A stretch of DNA of 64,000 bases from Malacoraja senta (GCA_038087875.1 JAXLNO010001468.1:62001-126000); one strand, 5' to 3'; positions 24,401 to 38,201 are shown, numbered from the stretch's first letter. The notes: generated by a model not told the origin, from the sequence alone. Program-made: numbers and translations.

Positions 24401-25457
24401 TGAATGTGCAGATAGCTATTAATGATTATGATATAGTTGGGATCACGGAGACATGGCTCCAGGGTGACCAAGGCTGGGAGCTGAACATCCAGGGATATTC
24501 AATATTCAGGAGGGATAGACAGAAAGGAAAAGGAGGTGGGGTAGCGTTGCTGGTTAGAGAGGAGACTAACGCAATGGAAAGGAAGGATATTAGCTTGGAG
24601 GATGTGGAATCGATATGGGTAGAGCTACGAAACACTAAGGTGCAGAAAACGCTAGTGGGTGTTGTGTACAGGCCACCTAACAGTAGTAGTGGAGTTGGGG
24701 ATGGCATCAAACAGGAAATTAGAAATGCGTGCAACAAAGGTAAAACAGTTATAATGGGTGACTTCAATCTACATATAGATTGGGTGAATCAAATTGGCAG
24801 GGGTGCTGAGGAAGAGGATTTCTTGGAATGTATGCGGGATAGTTTTCTAAACCAACATGTAGAGGAACCAACGAGAGAGCAGGCTATTCTAGACTGGGTA
24901 TTGAGTAATGAGGAAGGGTTAGTTAGCAGTCTTGTTGTGCGTGGCCCCTTGGGCAAGAGTGACCATAATATGGTTGAGTTCTTCATTAGGATGGAGCGTG
25001 ACATTGTTAATTCAGAAACAACGGTTCTGAACTTAAAGAAAGGTAACTTTGAGGGTATGAAACGTGAATTGGCCAAGATTGACTGGCAATTGATTCTTTT
25101 TTTTTTTTTTTTTTGAAAATATTTTTTATTGGAGATAAGTACACAACCTATTAACATCATTACAGTCTTACATTTTTAAATTGATAATATTGTCAATTAT
25201 TATTACATTGTCTCCAATACCTTTTGCCTTTTTTTTTTAAACTAGATAGAACTAAAAAGATAGATGAAGTAAAGAAAGAAAAGTGAGAGAAGAAAAAAAA
25301 AAAAAAACAAAGAACAAAAAACAAAAAACAAAAAAAAAAAACAAAAGAGAAAGATAGTTAAAGAAGAATGGAAAAATTTATTAAAATAAAAAACTTCATT
25401 CGAGATATATTCGTACATTTCAGAGTATAGCATTTCATCCATTCTTTAGCCCGAGTG

Positions 25458-28400
25458 TTAGTCAGGTTCCTGTGCTGAACCATTCTGACCCTTTAAATAA
25501 TCAATAAAGGGAGACCATGTTCCAACGAATAATTCCTGTTTGTCCAACAGGGAAAATCTGATTCTTTCCACGTTTAAGGTCTCCGTCATTTCTATAATCC
25601 ACATTTTGATTGTGGGGGTCGTAGGGCCTTTCCAAAATTTTAGAATTAATTTTTTTCCTGTTATTATACTATAATCAATAAAGTTTCTTTGTGTTGTTGT
25701 AAATGTTTGATTTAATTCTAATGTTCCGAGTATTATTAATTTTGGATCCGGGTCCAATTGTGTGCTGGTCACTTTAGATATTATACTAAAAATATTTACC
25801 CAGAATTTTTTAATTTTTATACAGTTTGCAAACATATGAGATAAGGTAGCTTCTAAATGTTGACATTTATCACATATAGGTGAGATATGTTGAAAGATTT
25901 TATGTAATTTTGTTTTTGAATAATGTAACCTATGTATTACTTTAAATTGTATTAAAGAATGTCTGGCATTTAATGAACATTGATGTATGTGTTGTAAACT
26001 TTCTTCCCAAGTATCTTTCGTTATTATTTGATTTAATTCTTTTTCCCATGTTTGTCTGTGTAAGTCCGTCGATGGAATCTCACTGTCTAATAAGATATTA
26101 TATATATAAGATATTAATTTTTCTGTATTAGGATGTTTATTCCAACATTCGTCAAGCATTTCTGAATTTCTAATTCGAAAATTTTGAGTATTCGATTTTA
26201 CATAATCTCTGAGTTGAAGATATCTAAAATAAGCATTTCCTCGGAGTCCATAAGTCTGTTGCAACTCCTGAAATGTCAGAAAAGTGCCTTCCTTGTAAAG
26301 TTGTCCCATATTTTTAATTCCATAATTCTTCCATTGTGTAAAACCCCTGTCCAACCATGAGGGCTTAAACAAAGGGTTATTCACAATTGGAACAAAAAGT
26401 GATAAATTATCAAATTTTAATGTCTTTTTTAATTGTTTCCAAATTCGTATAGCACTAAATATTATAGGGTTTTCCCTATAATTTTTTTTAATTTAGACGT
26501 AGCAAATAATATCGAACCGATATCAAAATGTAAACAATCTTCCTTTTCCATTTTTAACCAATCTGGTTGTTGATCTATTTCTTCCAACCAGAAATTCATA
26601 TTTTTAATATTAACTGCCCAAAAATAAAACAGAAAGTTGGGTAAAACCAAGCCTCCATTTATTTTTGATTTACACAAATGTCTTTTGTTTATCCTATGAT
26701 TCTTATAATCCCAGATAAAATCATTAACAATGGAGTACAATTTTTTTTTAAAGTTTTTTGACAGATATATCGGAATTGTCTGAAAAAGGTATAATATTTG
26801 CGGTAAAAAAATCATTTTTATGGCATTAATTTTACCAACCATTGAGATAGGAAGTGTTTTCCAGTATTGAATATTCTTATGTAGTTTGTTCAGTAATGGG
26901 GGGAAATTTGCTTTAAATAATGATGTATATATCTTAGTTACATAAATACCTAGGTTTGGAATACTAATTTCTGGTTTTGTAATGTAAATTAGTACATCAT
27001 CTGCGTATAGAGAAATTTTATTCACTGTGTCCTTTGTGTTATACCCATGTATTTCCGGATGACCCCTAACTCTTTCTGCGAGTGGCTCAATAGCAAGCGC
27101 AAATAATAATGGAGATAACGGGCATCCTTGTCTACAACCTCTAGATAGGCTGAATTTAGATGACAACCTTTGGTTTGTTAATATTCTAGCCGTAGGATTT
27201 GTATATAACAGTTTTATCCATGTGCAGAATTTCTCCCCTAGCTGCATATTTTCCATCACCGAAAATAAATAAGACCATTCAACCTGATCAAATGCTTTTT
27301 CAGCGTCAAGTGAGATTATTGCTAGATCTTCATTAATAATTCTCTTAGAATAAATAATATTAAATAATCTTCTTAGATTATAATATGAGTACCGTTTCTG
27401 AATAAAGCCTGTTTGGTCAGGGTGTATTAATTTATTCATCACTGTACTTAATCTATGCGCTAGTATTTTAGTTAATATTTTCTGATCTGTATTTAAAAGT
27501 GCAATTGCTCTATATGATCCCTGATCTTCCGGATCTTTATCAGCTTTAGGAATAAGTGTTATTATAGATTCATTTAAAGTATCTGGAAGTTTCTGTTGAG
27601 TATAGATATGCTCATACAGCCTTTGTAAACGTGGGCAGAGCAAGTCATAAATTTTTAAATAAAATTCAGAGCCTAAACCATCTGGTCCTACTGCTTTACC
27701 ATTTTTTAAAGAGCCAATAGACTCCTCAATATCTTTTATCGTAATCTCCCTTTCTAATAATTCTCTATCGTTTGAATCTAAACCTTTTAAATTACATTTT
27801 AGTAAGAAATCTGCTATTCCTTCTGATTGTGCTACAGTTTTAGTTGAATAAAGATTATGATAGTATTGGAGAAATCTTTCATTTATATCCTTGGGCATTT
27901 TTAATAATTCTCCTGTCTCTGTTCTAATTTTATGAATTATTTTTTCCCCTTCCATTTTTCGTAACTGACGTGCTAATAGTTTTTGTGGTTTGTCTCCAAA
28001 TTCAAAATGTAATTGTTTGGTTTTTTGATAAAGTTTTATTACTTGTTCTGAATACATTTTATTTAATTTATATTTCAATACAGCAATTTTATTATGTTTT
28101 AAAATAGATGGCATTCTCGCATTTTCTATATCTAGTTGCTTGATTTCACTTTCCAATGTTTGTTGTTTAATCCTGTTCTCTTTATTATAAAATACTTGAG
28201 CAGAAATTAATGCACCTCGAACAAACGCTTTAAACGTTTCCCACATAAGAGAAGTAGGTGTGTCAGGGTTGTCATTTACCTCAAAAAATATTTGAATCTG
28301 TTTAATAATATATTCCTGGCATGATCTTTCGTTCAAAATTTGTGGGTTAAATCTCCAATATGTTTGTTTCTCGGACATTCCATTTAATTTAATCATGAAT

Positions 28401-29126
28401 GTTACAGGTGCGTGATCTGAGATTATAATATTATGGTATTTTGAGTTATAAGTAAATGGGATAAACGTGGAGTCAACTAAAAAAATAATCTATTCTTGAG
28501 TATGTTTTATGTACTGGTGAGTAAAATGAATATTCCCGTCCAGTTGGATTTTCAATTCTCCAGACATCCTTAATATTAGTGGTATTAATAAATAAATTTA
28601 GAAATACACTTGATTGAGATTTTACTTTTTTTTGCCTTGATGATCTATCTAAGTATGAATCTAATGTACAATTGAAGTCTCCTCCAATTATTAATTTATA
28701 TTGTGTAAATTCAGGAATTTTATTAAATGTTTTATTAAAAAACATAGGGTTATCAAAATTAGGCCCATATACATTAAGAAGAATCACTTTTTCTCCATTT
28801 AACTCTCCAACTAATATAATATATCTACCATCAATATCCGCTATTGTTGATGAATTCGTAAAAGGTATTCCTTTACGAATTAATATTGCAACTCCTCTGG
28901 ACTTATGGGAAAAAGAGGAATGATATGATTCAGCGATCCACTTAGCTTTAAGTCTATGTTGAGATTCCTTTTTAAGGTGTGTTTCTTGAAGGAATATTAT
29001 ATCTGTTTTGATTAAATTTAGATGTGCCAAAACTTTACCTCTCTTAATTGGTTCATTGATTCCCTTGACATTCCAACTACAAAATATTATTCCCTGACCC
29101 CCTCTTGTCATATTAACATCTTGCAT
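25458..29126 (-). pseudogene. L1 ORF2 (copy 2), disrupted
   Basis: Split across ORFs 28473..29171, 26462..28396 and 25458..26384; endonuclease, RT and C-terminal motifs all present. Confidence 0.92.
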
Positions 29127-29534
29127 ATTGTTTCTAAGGTGGTCTATAACCGAGCAGAAGGTGCAACACATAAAACCTGACCCTGCACCCGAACCTCAAA
29201 TAGATGAATTTAAAGTCATATACATCGCTCTTCCGAACACATCTCCTTGTATTAGTCTTGTTTTTCCATTCAAACATTAAGTTATAAAAATATTTAAAGT
29301 GAAAAAAGTGATAGAATTGGTTAGTATAGGGTGAAAGAAAAAAAACTACATCTACAATTAGTGTAGTTAGTGATAGCCACACTAACGTGGCTAGAATTCT
29401 AAAGACTTCCGTAGCCTTTGTAAAAAAAAAATACCCAGCTCCGTGCCCGAAAAAAAAAAAGATTATTTCTGACAATCAAATAACTTCTTTGGGAGTAACA
29501 AACATATATACATACCCATACATACACACACACA

Positions 29535-29549
<15 letters not shown>

Positions 29550-29588
<39 letters not shown>
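29550..29588. repeat. (TA)n microsatellite in the L1 inter-ORF spacer
   Basis: Direct reading; shorter, interrupted counterpart at ~7232-7330 in copy 1. Confidence 0.9.
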
Positions 29589-29590
<2 letters not shown>

Positions 29591-30142
29591 CATATGCATA
29601 CATACATAAGCATGTATCCCTGCAGAAAAGTCCGAGAACAACATAAATTCACAACGTTAATATTCTCTACATATCATATTAATATCTTCGCTTAATCTAT
29701 AAATTTAATTTTAAATTGAAAAATAAAGAGAAAAACCGTCAAACCTTATTATGACATAGGCTGAATTACCTCTTGCATATCTTCCTATATAATATAAGTA
29801 TGTAACTCATTTCTACGTTAACCAAAGACTGTTAGTTATTAATCATTGTTACCAATCATACCCAGTATTAAATTTTTATGAGTAATATAAATGTTAATAA
29901 TTTTAGTAGTAATATAGATATTTAATAAGTATTAGTAGTTACATATATAGTTGGATATGAATATACAAATAATAATAGTGATTAATAACAACAACAAAAA
30001 ACAAAAAAAACACGGTTTTCTCCAATGTCCACCGTCCATTTCGGTTTTCGAATGTCCTTAAAGCTCTTAAAAGAACTTTAAAGGTCCTTTTAGATCTGGC
30101 GGTCCCGTTAATCCTTAACTCCTGAGGAGTAATGTAAATTCT

Positions 30143-31180
30143 TCAGTCTGTGGTCACGTTCCCGATTTCTTTGGCATATTCCAGTGCTTTTTCGTGGTCT
30201 GTAAAAAATTGCTCCTTGTTCTTGTAGGTGACTCTTAGTCTTCCAGGGTAAAGCAAGCCGTATCTCAAATCAGGTACATTCTTCAGTATTCTTTTTGTCT
30301 CAGTGAACAGCGCCCTTTTCTTGAAGACCTCTGCCGGATAATCTCGGTAAATACTGAACCTCACACCTTCAAAATAGAGCTGTCCGCTTCGGACGATTTT
30401 CTTCATTATCTCGTCAAATTCATGATCCAGTTGCACCTTTACGATAATTTGTCTTGGATGGGCATCATCTTGTGTACGACGCCGCTGCGCTCTATGAGCT
30501 CGACCGAGTGAAGGTTTTTGATCCAATTTTAAGGCTTTTTGTAGTAGGTCTGTCACAAAATCCCGAGGGGCCATTTCCCTCTCACTTCCTTCTTTCACCC
30601 CTACAATTCTTAGATTCTTACGTCTTTGACGCCCCTCCAAATCGGTACATTTATCACTTAATTTGATCACCATACCGGAGAGGCGTTGGTTTTCAATAAG
30701 GAGTCGACTTACAGTTTCCTCACTTGTCGCCGCCCATTTCTCAAGTTCGGTTATCGCTGTTCTATGTTGATCAAGTGCTTGATGAATGGGGGCCACCTCC
30801 ATTTTAACGTTCGATTCCACCGAAACGAGCCTGGTTTCCAGCACTTCCATCTGTTCCTTGACCTCTTCTTCCCTCGACCTCTTCCAGACTTCCAGTATTT
30901 CTTGAACGGTAGAAAGCATTTCTGCTTTAAAATCTAACTTAAAAGAGTTAAGTTCCTCTTTAAAATTCTCTCCAAAGGTTTTCAACTCGGCAGCGAGAAA
31001 AGTTTTAAGATCATCAATTTCAGACTTTTTCTGCTTTGATTTCTTCGGAGGGTCTTCCTGGGCCGTCATTGTAACTGAGGCCGAGGCCTCAGTTAGGCCT
31101 TCCTCTTCCATCGGTGGTTTCCCTTTAACGGTTTTTTTTGTCGTACAGGGGGGGGGTACGTTGTATCGACATACCGTCAA
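30143..31180 (-). CDS. L1 ORF1p (copy 2), intact
   Basis: 345-aa open frame, highly similar to 7767..8747. Confidence 0.92.
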   Translation of the reverse strand: MTVCRYNVPPPCTTKKTVKGKPPMEEEGLTEASASVTMTAQEDPPKKSKQKKSEIDDLKTFLAAELKTFGENFKEELNSFKLDFKAEMLSTVQEILEVWKRSREEEVKEQMEVLETRLVSVESNVKMEVAPIHQALDQHRTAITELEKWAATSEETVSRLLIENQRLSGMVIKLSDKCTDLEGRQRRKNLRIVGVKEGSEREMAPRDFVTDLLQKALKLDQKPSLGRAHRAQRRRTQDDAHPRQIIVKVQLDHEFDEIMKKIVRSGQLYFEGVRFSIYRDYPAEVFKKRALFTETKRILKNVPDLRYGLLYPGRLRVTYKNKEQFFTDHEKALEYAKEIGNVTTD

Positions 31181-34100
31181 ATTCGCGCGCCTGATGACGT
31201 CACGCGGCAGGCAGCCGTTCAGATCGCGATCGCTGCAGGTAAGACCCGATTTTCTCCCGTTTTCAGATTCTTCGGCACGGAGCTAGTTGGCACTGGACTC
31301 AAGCCTCCATAGCGCCACCGGAAGTCGGCAATTGATTCTTAAAGGGTTGTCGGTGGATATGCAATGGAAGGCATTTAAAGACTGCATGGATGAACTACAA
31401 AAATTGTTCATCCCAGTTTGGCAAAAGAATAAATCAGGGAAGGTAGTGCATCCGTGGATAACAAGGGAAATCAGGGATAGTATCAAAACAAAAGATGAAG
31501 CATACAAATTAGCCAGCAAAAGCAGCCTGCCAGAGGACTGGGAGAAATTCAGAGTCCAGCAGAGGAGGACAAAGGGCTTAATTAGGAAAGGGAAAATAGA
31601 TTATGAAAGAAAACTGGCAGGGAACATAAAAACTGACTGCAAAAAGTTTTTATAGATATGTGAAGAGAAAGAGATTAGTTAAAACAAATGTAGGTCCCTT
31701 GCAGTCAGAAACTGGTGAATTGATCATGGGGAACAAGGACATGGCAGACCAATTGAATAACTACTTTGGTTCTGTCTTCACTAAGGAAGACATAAATAAT
31801 CTGCCAGAAATAGCAGGGGACCGCGGGTCAAATGAGATAGAGGAACTGAGTGAAATCCAGGTTAGCCAGGAAGTGGTGTTAGGTAAATTGAATGGATTAA
31901 AGGCCGATAAATCCCCAGGGCAGATAGGCTGCATCCCAGAGTACTTAAGGAAGTAGCCCCAGAAATAGTGGATGCATTAGTGATAATTTTTCGAAACTCC
32001 TTAGATTCTGGAGTAGTTCCTGAGGATTGGAGGGTAGCTAATGTAACCCCCCTTTTTAAAAAGGGAGGGAGAGAGAAAACGGGGAATTACAGACCAGTTA
32101 GTCTAACATCGGTATTGGGGAAAATGCTAGAGTCAGTTATTAAAGATGGGATAGCAGCACATTTGGAAAGTGGTGAAATCATTGGACAAAGTCAGCATGG
32201 ATTTACGAAAGATAAATCATGTCTGACGAATCTTATAGAATTTTTCGAGGATGTAACTAGTAGAGTGGATAAGGGAGAACCAGTGGATGTGTTATATCTG
32301 GACTTTCAGAAGGCTTTCGACAAGGTCCCACATAAGAGATTAGTCTACAAACTTAAAGCACACGGTATTGGGGGTTCAGTATTGATGTGGATAGAGAACT
32401 GGCTGGCAAACAGGAAGCAAAAAGTAGGAGTAAACGGGTCCTTTACAGAATGGCAGGCAGTGACTAGTGGGGTACGGCAAGGCTCAGTGCTGGGACCCCA
32501 GCTATTTACAATATATATTAATGATTTGGACAAGGGAATTGAATGCAACATCTCCAAGTTTGCAGATGACACGAAGCTGGGGGGCAGTGTTAGCTGTGAG
32601 GAGGATGCTAGGAGGCTGCAAGGTGACTTGGATAGGCTGGGTGAGTGGGGAAAATGCATGGCAGATGCAGTATAATGTGGTTAAATGTGAGGTTATCCAC
32701 TTTGGTGGCAAAAACAAGAAAGTAGACTATTATCTAAATGGTGGCCGATTAGAAAAAGGGGAGAAGCAACGAGACCTGGGTGTCATGGTACACCAGTCAT
32801 TGAAAGTAGGCATGCAGGTGCAGCAGGCAGTGAAGAAAGCAAATGGTATGTTAGCATTCATAGCAAAAGGATTTGAGTATAGGAGCAGGGAGGTTCTACT
32901 GCAGTTGTACAGGGTCTTGGTGAGACCACACCTGGAGTATTGCGTACAGTTTTGGTCTCCAAATCTGAGGAAAGACATTCTTGCCATAGAGGGAGTACAG
33001 AGAAGGTTCACCAGATTGATTCCAGGGATGTCAGGACTTTCATATGAAGAAAGACTGGATAGACTCAGCTTGACAAGGGGTCACTGTTTAAGGATTAAGG
33101 GGACATCCTTTAGGACCGAGTTGAGAAAAACATTTTTCACACAGAGAGTGGTGAATCTCTGGAACTCTCTGCCACAGAAGGTAGTCGAGGCCAGTTCATT
33201 GGCTATATTTAAGAGGGAGTTAGATGTGGCCCTTGCAGCTAAAGGCATCAGGAGGTATGGAGAGAAGGCAGGTACAGGATACTGAGTTGGATGATCAGCC
33301 ATGATCAAATTGAATGGCGGTGGAGGCTCAAAGGGCCGAATGGCCTACTCCTGCACCTATTTTCTATGTTTCTATGTTTCTATGTGATTGGGTGTTTGTC
33401 TCAATTAGAAAATCTGATGAATCAAATGATAACACAAGAAATGCTCCATATTACGAAGGCATGTCAGGTAGCAGCTCCTGGTTCAGGGTTGCAATATTCC
33501 ACCCACTCGGATGAAAGGAGTGGTGGAGATGGTGCCAAAGTATATGCACACAGGCCTGAGGCAGCTCCTGGTTCAGGTTGCATAAGTCCTCCCACTCGGA
33601 TGAATGAAGTGATGGAGATGGTGCCAAATATTATGCTCCGTATTATGGAAGCATGCACAGGCAGTTCAAGTCATATGCCTGTAGCTACGCTGGTTTCAGG
33701 GTTGGGATATTCCTTCCACCCGAAAGACTATCGGAGATGGTGTCACAAAATATGCTCGGTGTTATGGAAGCATGCACAGACAGTCCGAGGAATACGCATA
33801 TGGCAACGCCTGGTTCAGGGTGCAATTTTTTCTCCCACTCTAAGAGAGTGTCGGAGATCAGTATGGACTGACTCCAAACATGACCCCGAACATGACTATG
33901 TGCCGGGATCCCATGCTTACATGCTAAATTGCATGATGTGCGACAATCGCATAAGGAAGAGCTGCCTGCTCTTGCCTCTAAATTGCTGTTCCCAAGCCAC
34001 TACAAGAGAAGTTGTCCAGCGGCATCAGCTATCTAACAGGTATGACAAGCATGATAGACAGGGTCTGCAAATGGAACTTCGCTGAAGCTCCAACAAAGAT

Positions 34101-36801
34101 AATGAAACCGGGGTTAGATACGCTGGTAAGTAAGGTCTCGTTATTAACCTCCGTAAACTCCGAAATGGAGCAGTCTGTCGGCCCAGGTTGGGTTTACTGC
34201 CAGCATGGGCTGTCTAGTCATTTTCACTGTCTCTGGGATAGATCAGGTTGATGTGGAGACATTGGCAAGGTGCCTTGCATAGTAACCTCTGTAAGTTCCA
34301 AGTAGGTACAGTTTGGTTACCCTGGATCAGGGTAGACCATCATGGAACTGGCTGGCCATAGGAGTCATAGTGACCAGGGAAGCACTGCTTCATCATCTGT
34401 GATTGAGGTTATCAGACTGCTCAATAGAATAAGTAGTTGAAGGTTTTCTCAACATATGCTTTATTTCTCCTCAGTTAGTAGAGTTCCTGGTTCATTGGAA
34501 CCATCATTGCCATCCTCTGGGACAGGTAGCTACCAGCAGGAAGCGCGTCTGGCATATAATATAACTTTATCTGACCTGCAGGTTCATGTTGTGAATCAAC
34601 AATGTATTTATAATAATCCATAGGCTCTCAATACCAGTATTCCTGATTGAGTGGCGGGTCGAAGAGATTGTGTTGTGCACTCTGGCGACTTAGACATGTG
34701 GTTTCAGTCAAAGGACTGCGAGGTAATTCCTGATTCAACCTTGCATTATACTAATCTCCACTCTGAAGGAAAACGCTGAGTATTCATGGTGACTCTTAGT
34801 CAAGAGTTGACAGGGAACTTGTATTCCCACATCTAAGGGAGACTGTGGTTTCAGCTCTAGTCATTAGCTGCTGATTATATATTATCAGCGATATGTATGA
34901 ATAACTAGATAATGCATCTTCCGCGGGTAGGAAAGCCAAACATTTTCCCGTCCGTAGGATCAATAGAGGAACAGCGGTTCCAAGTGCAATCAGTGACAGC
35001 TCATCCGAGAATGAGTGGTGTGGCCAAGGACTAGAGGGGTATATTTCTGATACTTCTCAAGATTACAGAAATATGGTGCAGGCCGAATCGGGTTAGCATT
35101 AGGCTAATCGGATTATGGGTTTACTTACCCAGTTTAAGATGGCTGATTGGGTTTCTGCAATTTAACTGACTCAGAGAATCGATCTTGTAGTTGCATACTC
35201 TGTCGTATCTACACACATAAGGCACAGATTCTGCTGTTTTGATAACAAAGCTAGTGGTGAAAGTCTATGCTGCCCTTCTCAGATTAAAGGGCATTATGTC
35301 ATCAAGTTTTAGGTAATATGCAAAATTGCAGCTGATAAAACTTATGGGTTGTCGGTAGATATCTTTTGCGATATTACAAATGAGGCAACATGAAATTTAA
35401 CAGTATAAATTTGCCTATTCAATCACGCCATGGTAGGCGACTGAAGCAACTCTTATTTACTCAGTCACGAGTGACGGCTGGGACAGCCTGTCTTCTCGGG
35501 CAGCTAGCTCTGCACGATTGTATGAGAAGCTTGTGAACAACAAATGTGACTCAATTTAAACGGAGGTAACAGAGGTTTGTATGGCTTCCAGTTTGAGCCT
35601 AAAGAAGCTTTTATGTGATAGCACAATTGACATTGCTTGTGCTGCTTTATCATTTCTGTAGTACCATAAGTGGGACATAAATGATTGGTTCTTCACTCAC
35701 TATTCTCTAACGTTATGCAGGCTGTCTTTTATTTGACCACTCTAATAGCCTACACTCATTGTAATGTGCGATGTATATCAGTAAATTGTTATGCAAATAT
35801 TCCTCTAATATTCCTAATGGGACCAGTATCTTAAGATGATTATGCTTTCAGCAACTGATCTCAGCATAAAGAACACAGCTTTTACTCAATCTCTGGCTTA
35901 GTCTCTACGTCATACTGACATTAGGGTAGCTTGTTATAGAAATAATCTCATAAGCAAATGAACAGGATTGCGTACATTTGAGATTGACAGCATACCCACC
36001 AGAGCAGCGATCAGGGATGTCATTAGGTATACAAGTGCACTCAGTTGCTAGTGCCTATGAAATGGAAGATAGTTCTTTTGTTATTCAATAGTCTCAAGAT
36101 ATTGCTGATGGCTCATTAGCAGCCAATAGAATGGATTTCCTTTTCATCATACAGCATGAGGTTTACATAGTGCAGGTTAATAAATTATAAAATTTGGTGG
36201 AATATGTCTGGATATTTGCAGATAATATTATGCACAGTGTTGCATCAGTTATTGTCTAACTCAACAGTCTATTGGGACTACAGTCCAGTTAAGAACAATG
36301 GCCATGTATGCAAGTTAGCATCATGATATTAATAACTCATGTTTTTTCCTACCATTAATGGTTTATCTGTTTAAGTGTTTCACACACAGATTGTGTCACT
36401 GCATGAAACCACGGAGCTTCGAAATCTTCACGTAGTCACTCACGTGACTTCGAAATAAAATAGAAAGATTAAACGAGAACTTACCGTTTGAAGTATGATC
36501 TTTATTTTATGATAAGTTGAAGTGAGGGATTACGTGCCCTCCACTCCCAACCCTATTCTCATAAAGATCATTCGGTAGTTCTAGCCCTTTAATCTTCCTA
36601 TAGCTTAGGTCAGCAACTATTCTGTGGTTTCATACAGCTACTTTGAAGATTGACGTGCATGCGGGCTGGCGGGCTCTTCACGTAATCCCTCACTTCAACT
36701 TCTCATAAAACAAAGATCAAACTTCAAACGGTAAGTTCTCGTTTAATCTTTCTATTTTACTTTACCTTATTCTGCTGCATCCTGTATTCATTACATAGTT
36801 A

Positions 36802-37572
36802 AACCCCTGTCTCACTGTGCGAGTTGACCCACGAGTGACCCCGAGTTTAAAACAAATTAAACTCATGGTAATCACGTATGATTAACGTAGCGGGAACGTC
36901 GGAACTCATGGACGAAACTTAATGTTAAAAATTGTCCCCTCTCAGTAGATCAGAAAATAAGACAAACAGCACGGTGAATGTGAAACAAAGTCTTTATTCA
37001 TCTTGTTCAATATAAAAAATGCTTTTTTGCACATATTGAGAAAAGGAGCACCACAGCAAACAACACAGTGGTCTGAAAAAGGGCTTCTCAAACATGCAAA
37101 TCAACAAATGAAGCACAAATAAGTATTTCCAGTATATACTCTCATTCAGCTGAGAAATGGAGCACAAGCCTAAATTCAGGCAATAAAAGAGACAATGCAA
37201 AGCACTCAATGGCAAGTTTTGAGATCTACCATCAGATAAGCAGATGCATGATAACCACTTTTTAAAGAAAAGACAGATGCAATGAAATTACTTACACTAA
37301 AATGAAAAAATAAATCCATACTTAAAGTTAAATAAAACAAAGTCATTTTTACCATGTGTTGAATTTTCAACACGTCGGTAGACGTTGTTGGCACAAGAGT
37401 AACTCGGGAGACGAACTTGGAACATCGCAGAAATGACAAGTAAACGGCAAACTTAGTCATACCCGTGGGAACTCGGTTAAACTCTTGATCATAAACTTGG
37501 AATCTCGTACGCAACCACGAGTCTTTCACTCGGGGTCACTCGTGGGTCAACTCGCACCATGAGACAGGGCCA
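36802..37572. mobile_element. PIF/Harbinger-type MITE (771 bp)
   Basis: ~42-bp TIRs CCCTGTCTCACTGTGCGAGTTGACCCACGAGTGACCCCGAGT (2 mismatches); TTA flanks at 36799-36801 and 37573-37575; same terminal register as the 1178 MITE. Confidence 0.85.
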
Positions 37573-38201
37573 TTAGTCTCTGTCTCTGATTCAAAATTAG
37601 CATTGATAGAGAGAGAAATACAGTTCTTAGGTCAAGTTGATTCATTTTCTTCAGAATTGGGGAAAGTTACCAATTTATTGTGACAGTAAAGATTTTGCTG
37701 TTTTGACTTTCTCATTTATAAACTCAGCCATAAACTCGTTCAAAATGGAAAGTGGGCATATCCTGTTTAATATACTGCTCAGGATGTGAATGTGCAAAAA
37801 TCATTATCTTAATTGGCTTTTGGACAAATTTACAATTATTTTAATGGACATTAGTCTGATTTGGTGTCAAACTAACCAAACATGGATTAATCCAATTTCT
37901 TGTCTTTACTTGCTCCTCAACTGCCTCTAGAATTCCTGCAAAATGTTATTCAAAGAAAAACTGGCGACTGGACTCCCCTCCGACCATGTCTACGACAATG
38001 TCTACAACAAGCTACAACATACCTACCACCTAGTCGACATCAAGCTACCGCAAGCTACTGACAACCGGCGACCCTTTAGGATGTCCACCTACGACCACAC
38101 CTACGTCCACCCGCGACAAGCTACGACCCTGTCGGCGACAACTGAAGACAACTTAAGCCAATTCAATCGGCAGTACCTGTCGCCGGTTGACATAGGTTGA
38201 T

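Larger units (their letters stand above)
25099..31326 (-). mobile_element. Full-length L1 (family A, copy 2) nested in CR1 ORF2
   Basis: 14-bp TSD GGCAATTGATTCTT at 25085..25098 and 31327..31340; 5' end GACTTCCGGTGGCG; ORF1 open; ORF2 with frameshifts and an in-frame ~144-bp deletion near 26955. Confidence 0.96.
22900..33385 (+). mobile_element. Near full-length CR1 LINE containing a nested L1
   Basis: 5'UTR with CTGATTGG repeats; ORF1 (from 23106, frameshifted; Zn-finger/leucine zipper plus SGNH esterase motifs GDS, GTND, DGLH); ORF2 from 24046 resuming at 31327; (TTCTATGT)n tail at ~33360-33385. The 5' boundary is approximate. Confidence 0.92.
21487..36758 (+). mobile_element. DIRS1-like element with intact lITR, ICR and rITR, a degenerate interior and nested insertions
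   Basis: lITR begins TTTTATTTCGAAGTCACGTG at 21487; ICR at ~36425..36540 is complementary to both termini; rITR at ~36650..36758; decayed RT remnants at ~35170-35320 (IDLVVAYSVV..H; ITKL..K...LLRLKGI). Confidence 0.85.
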
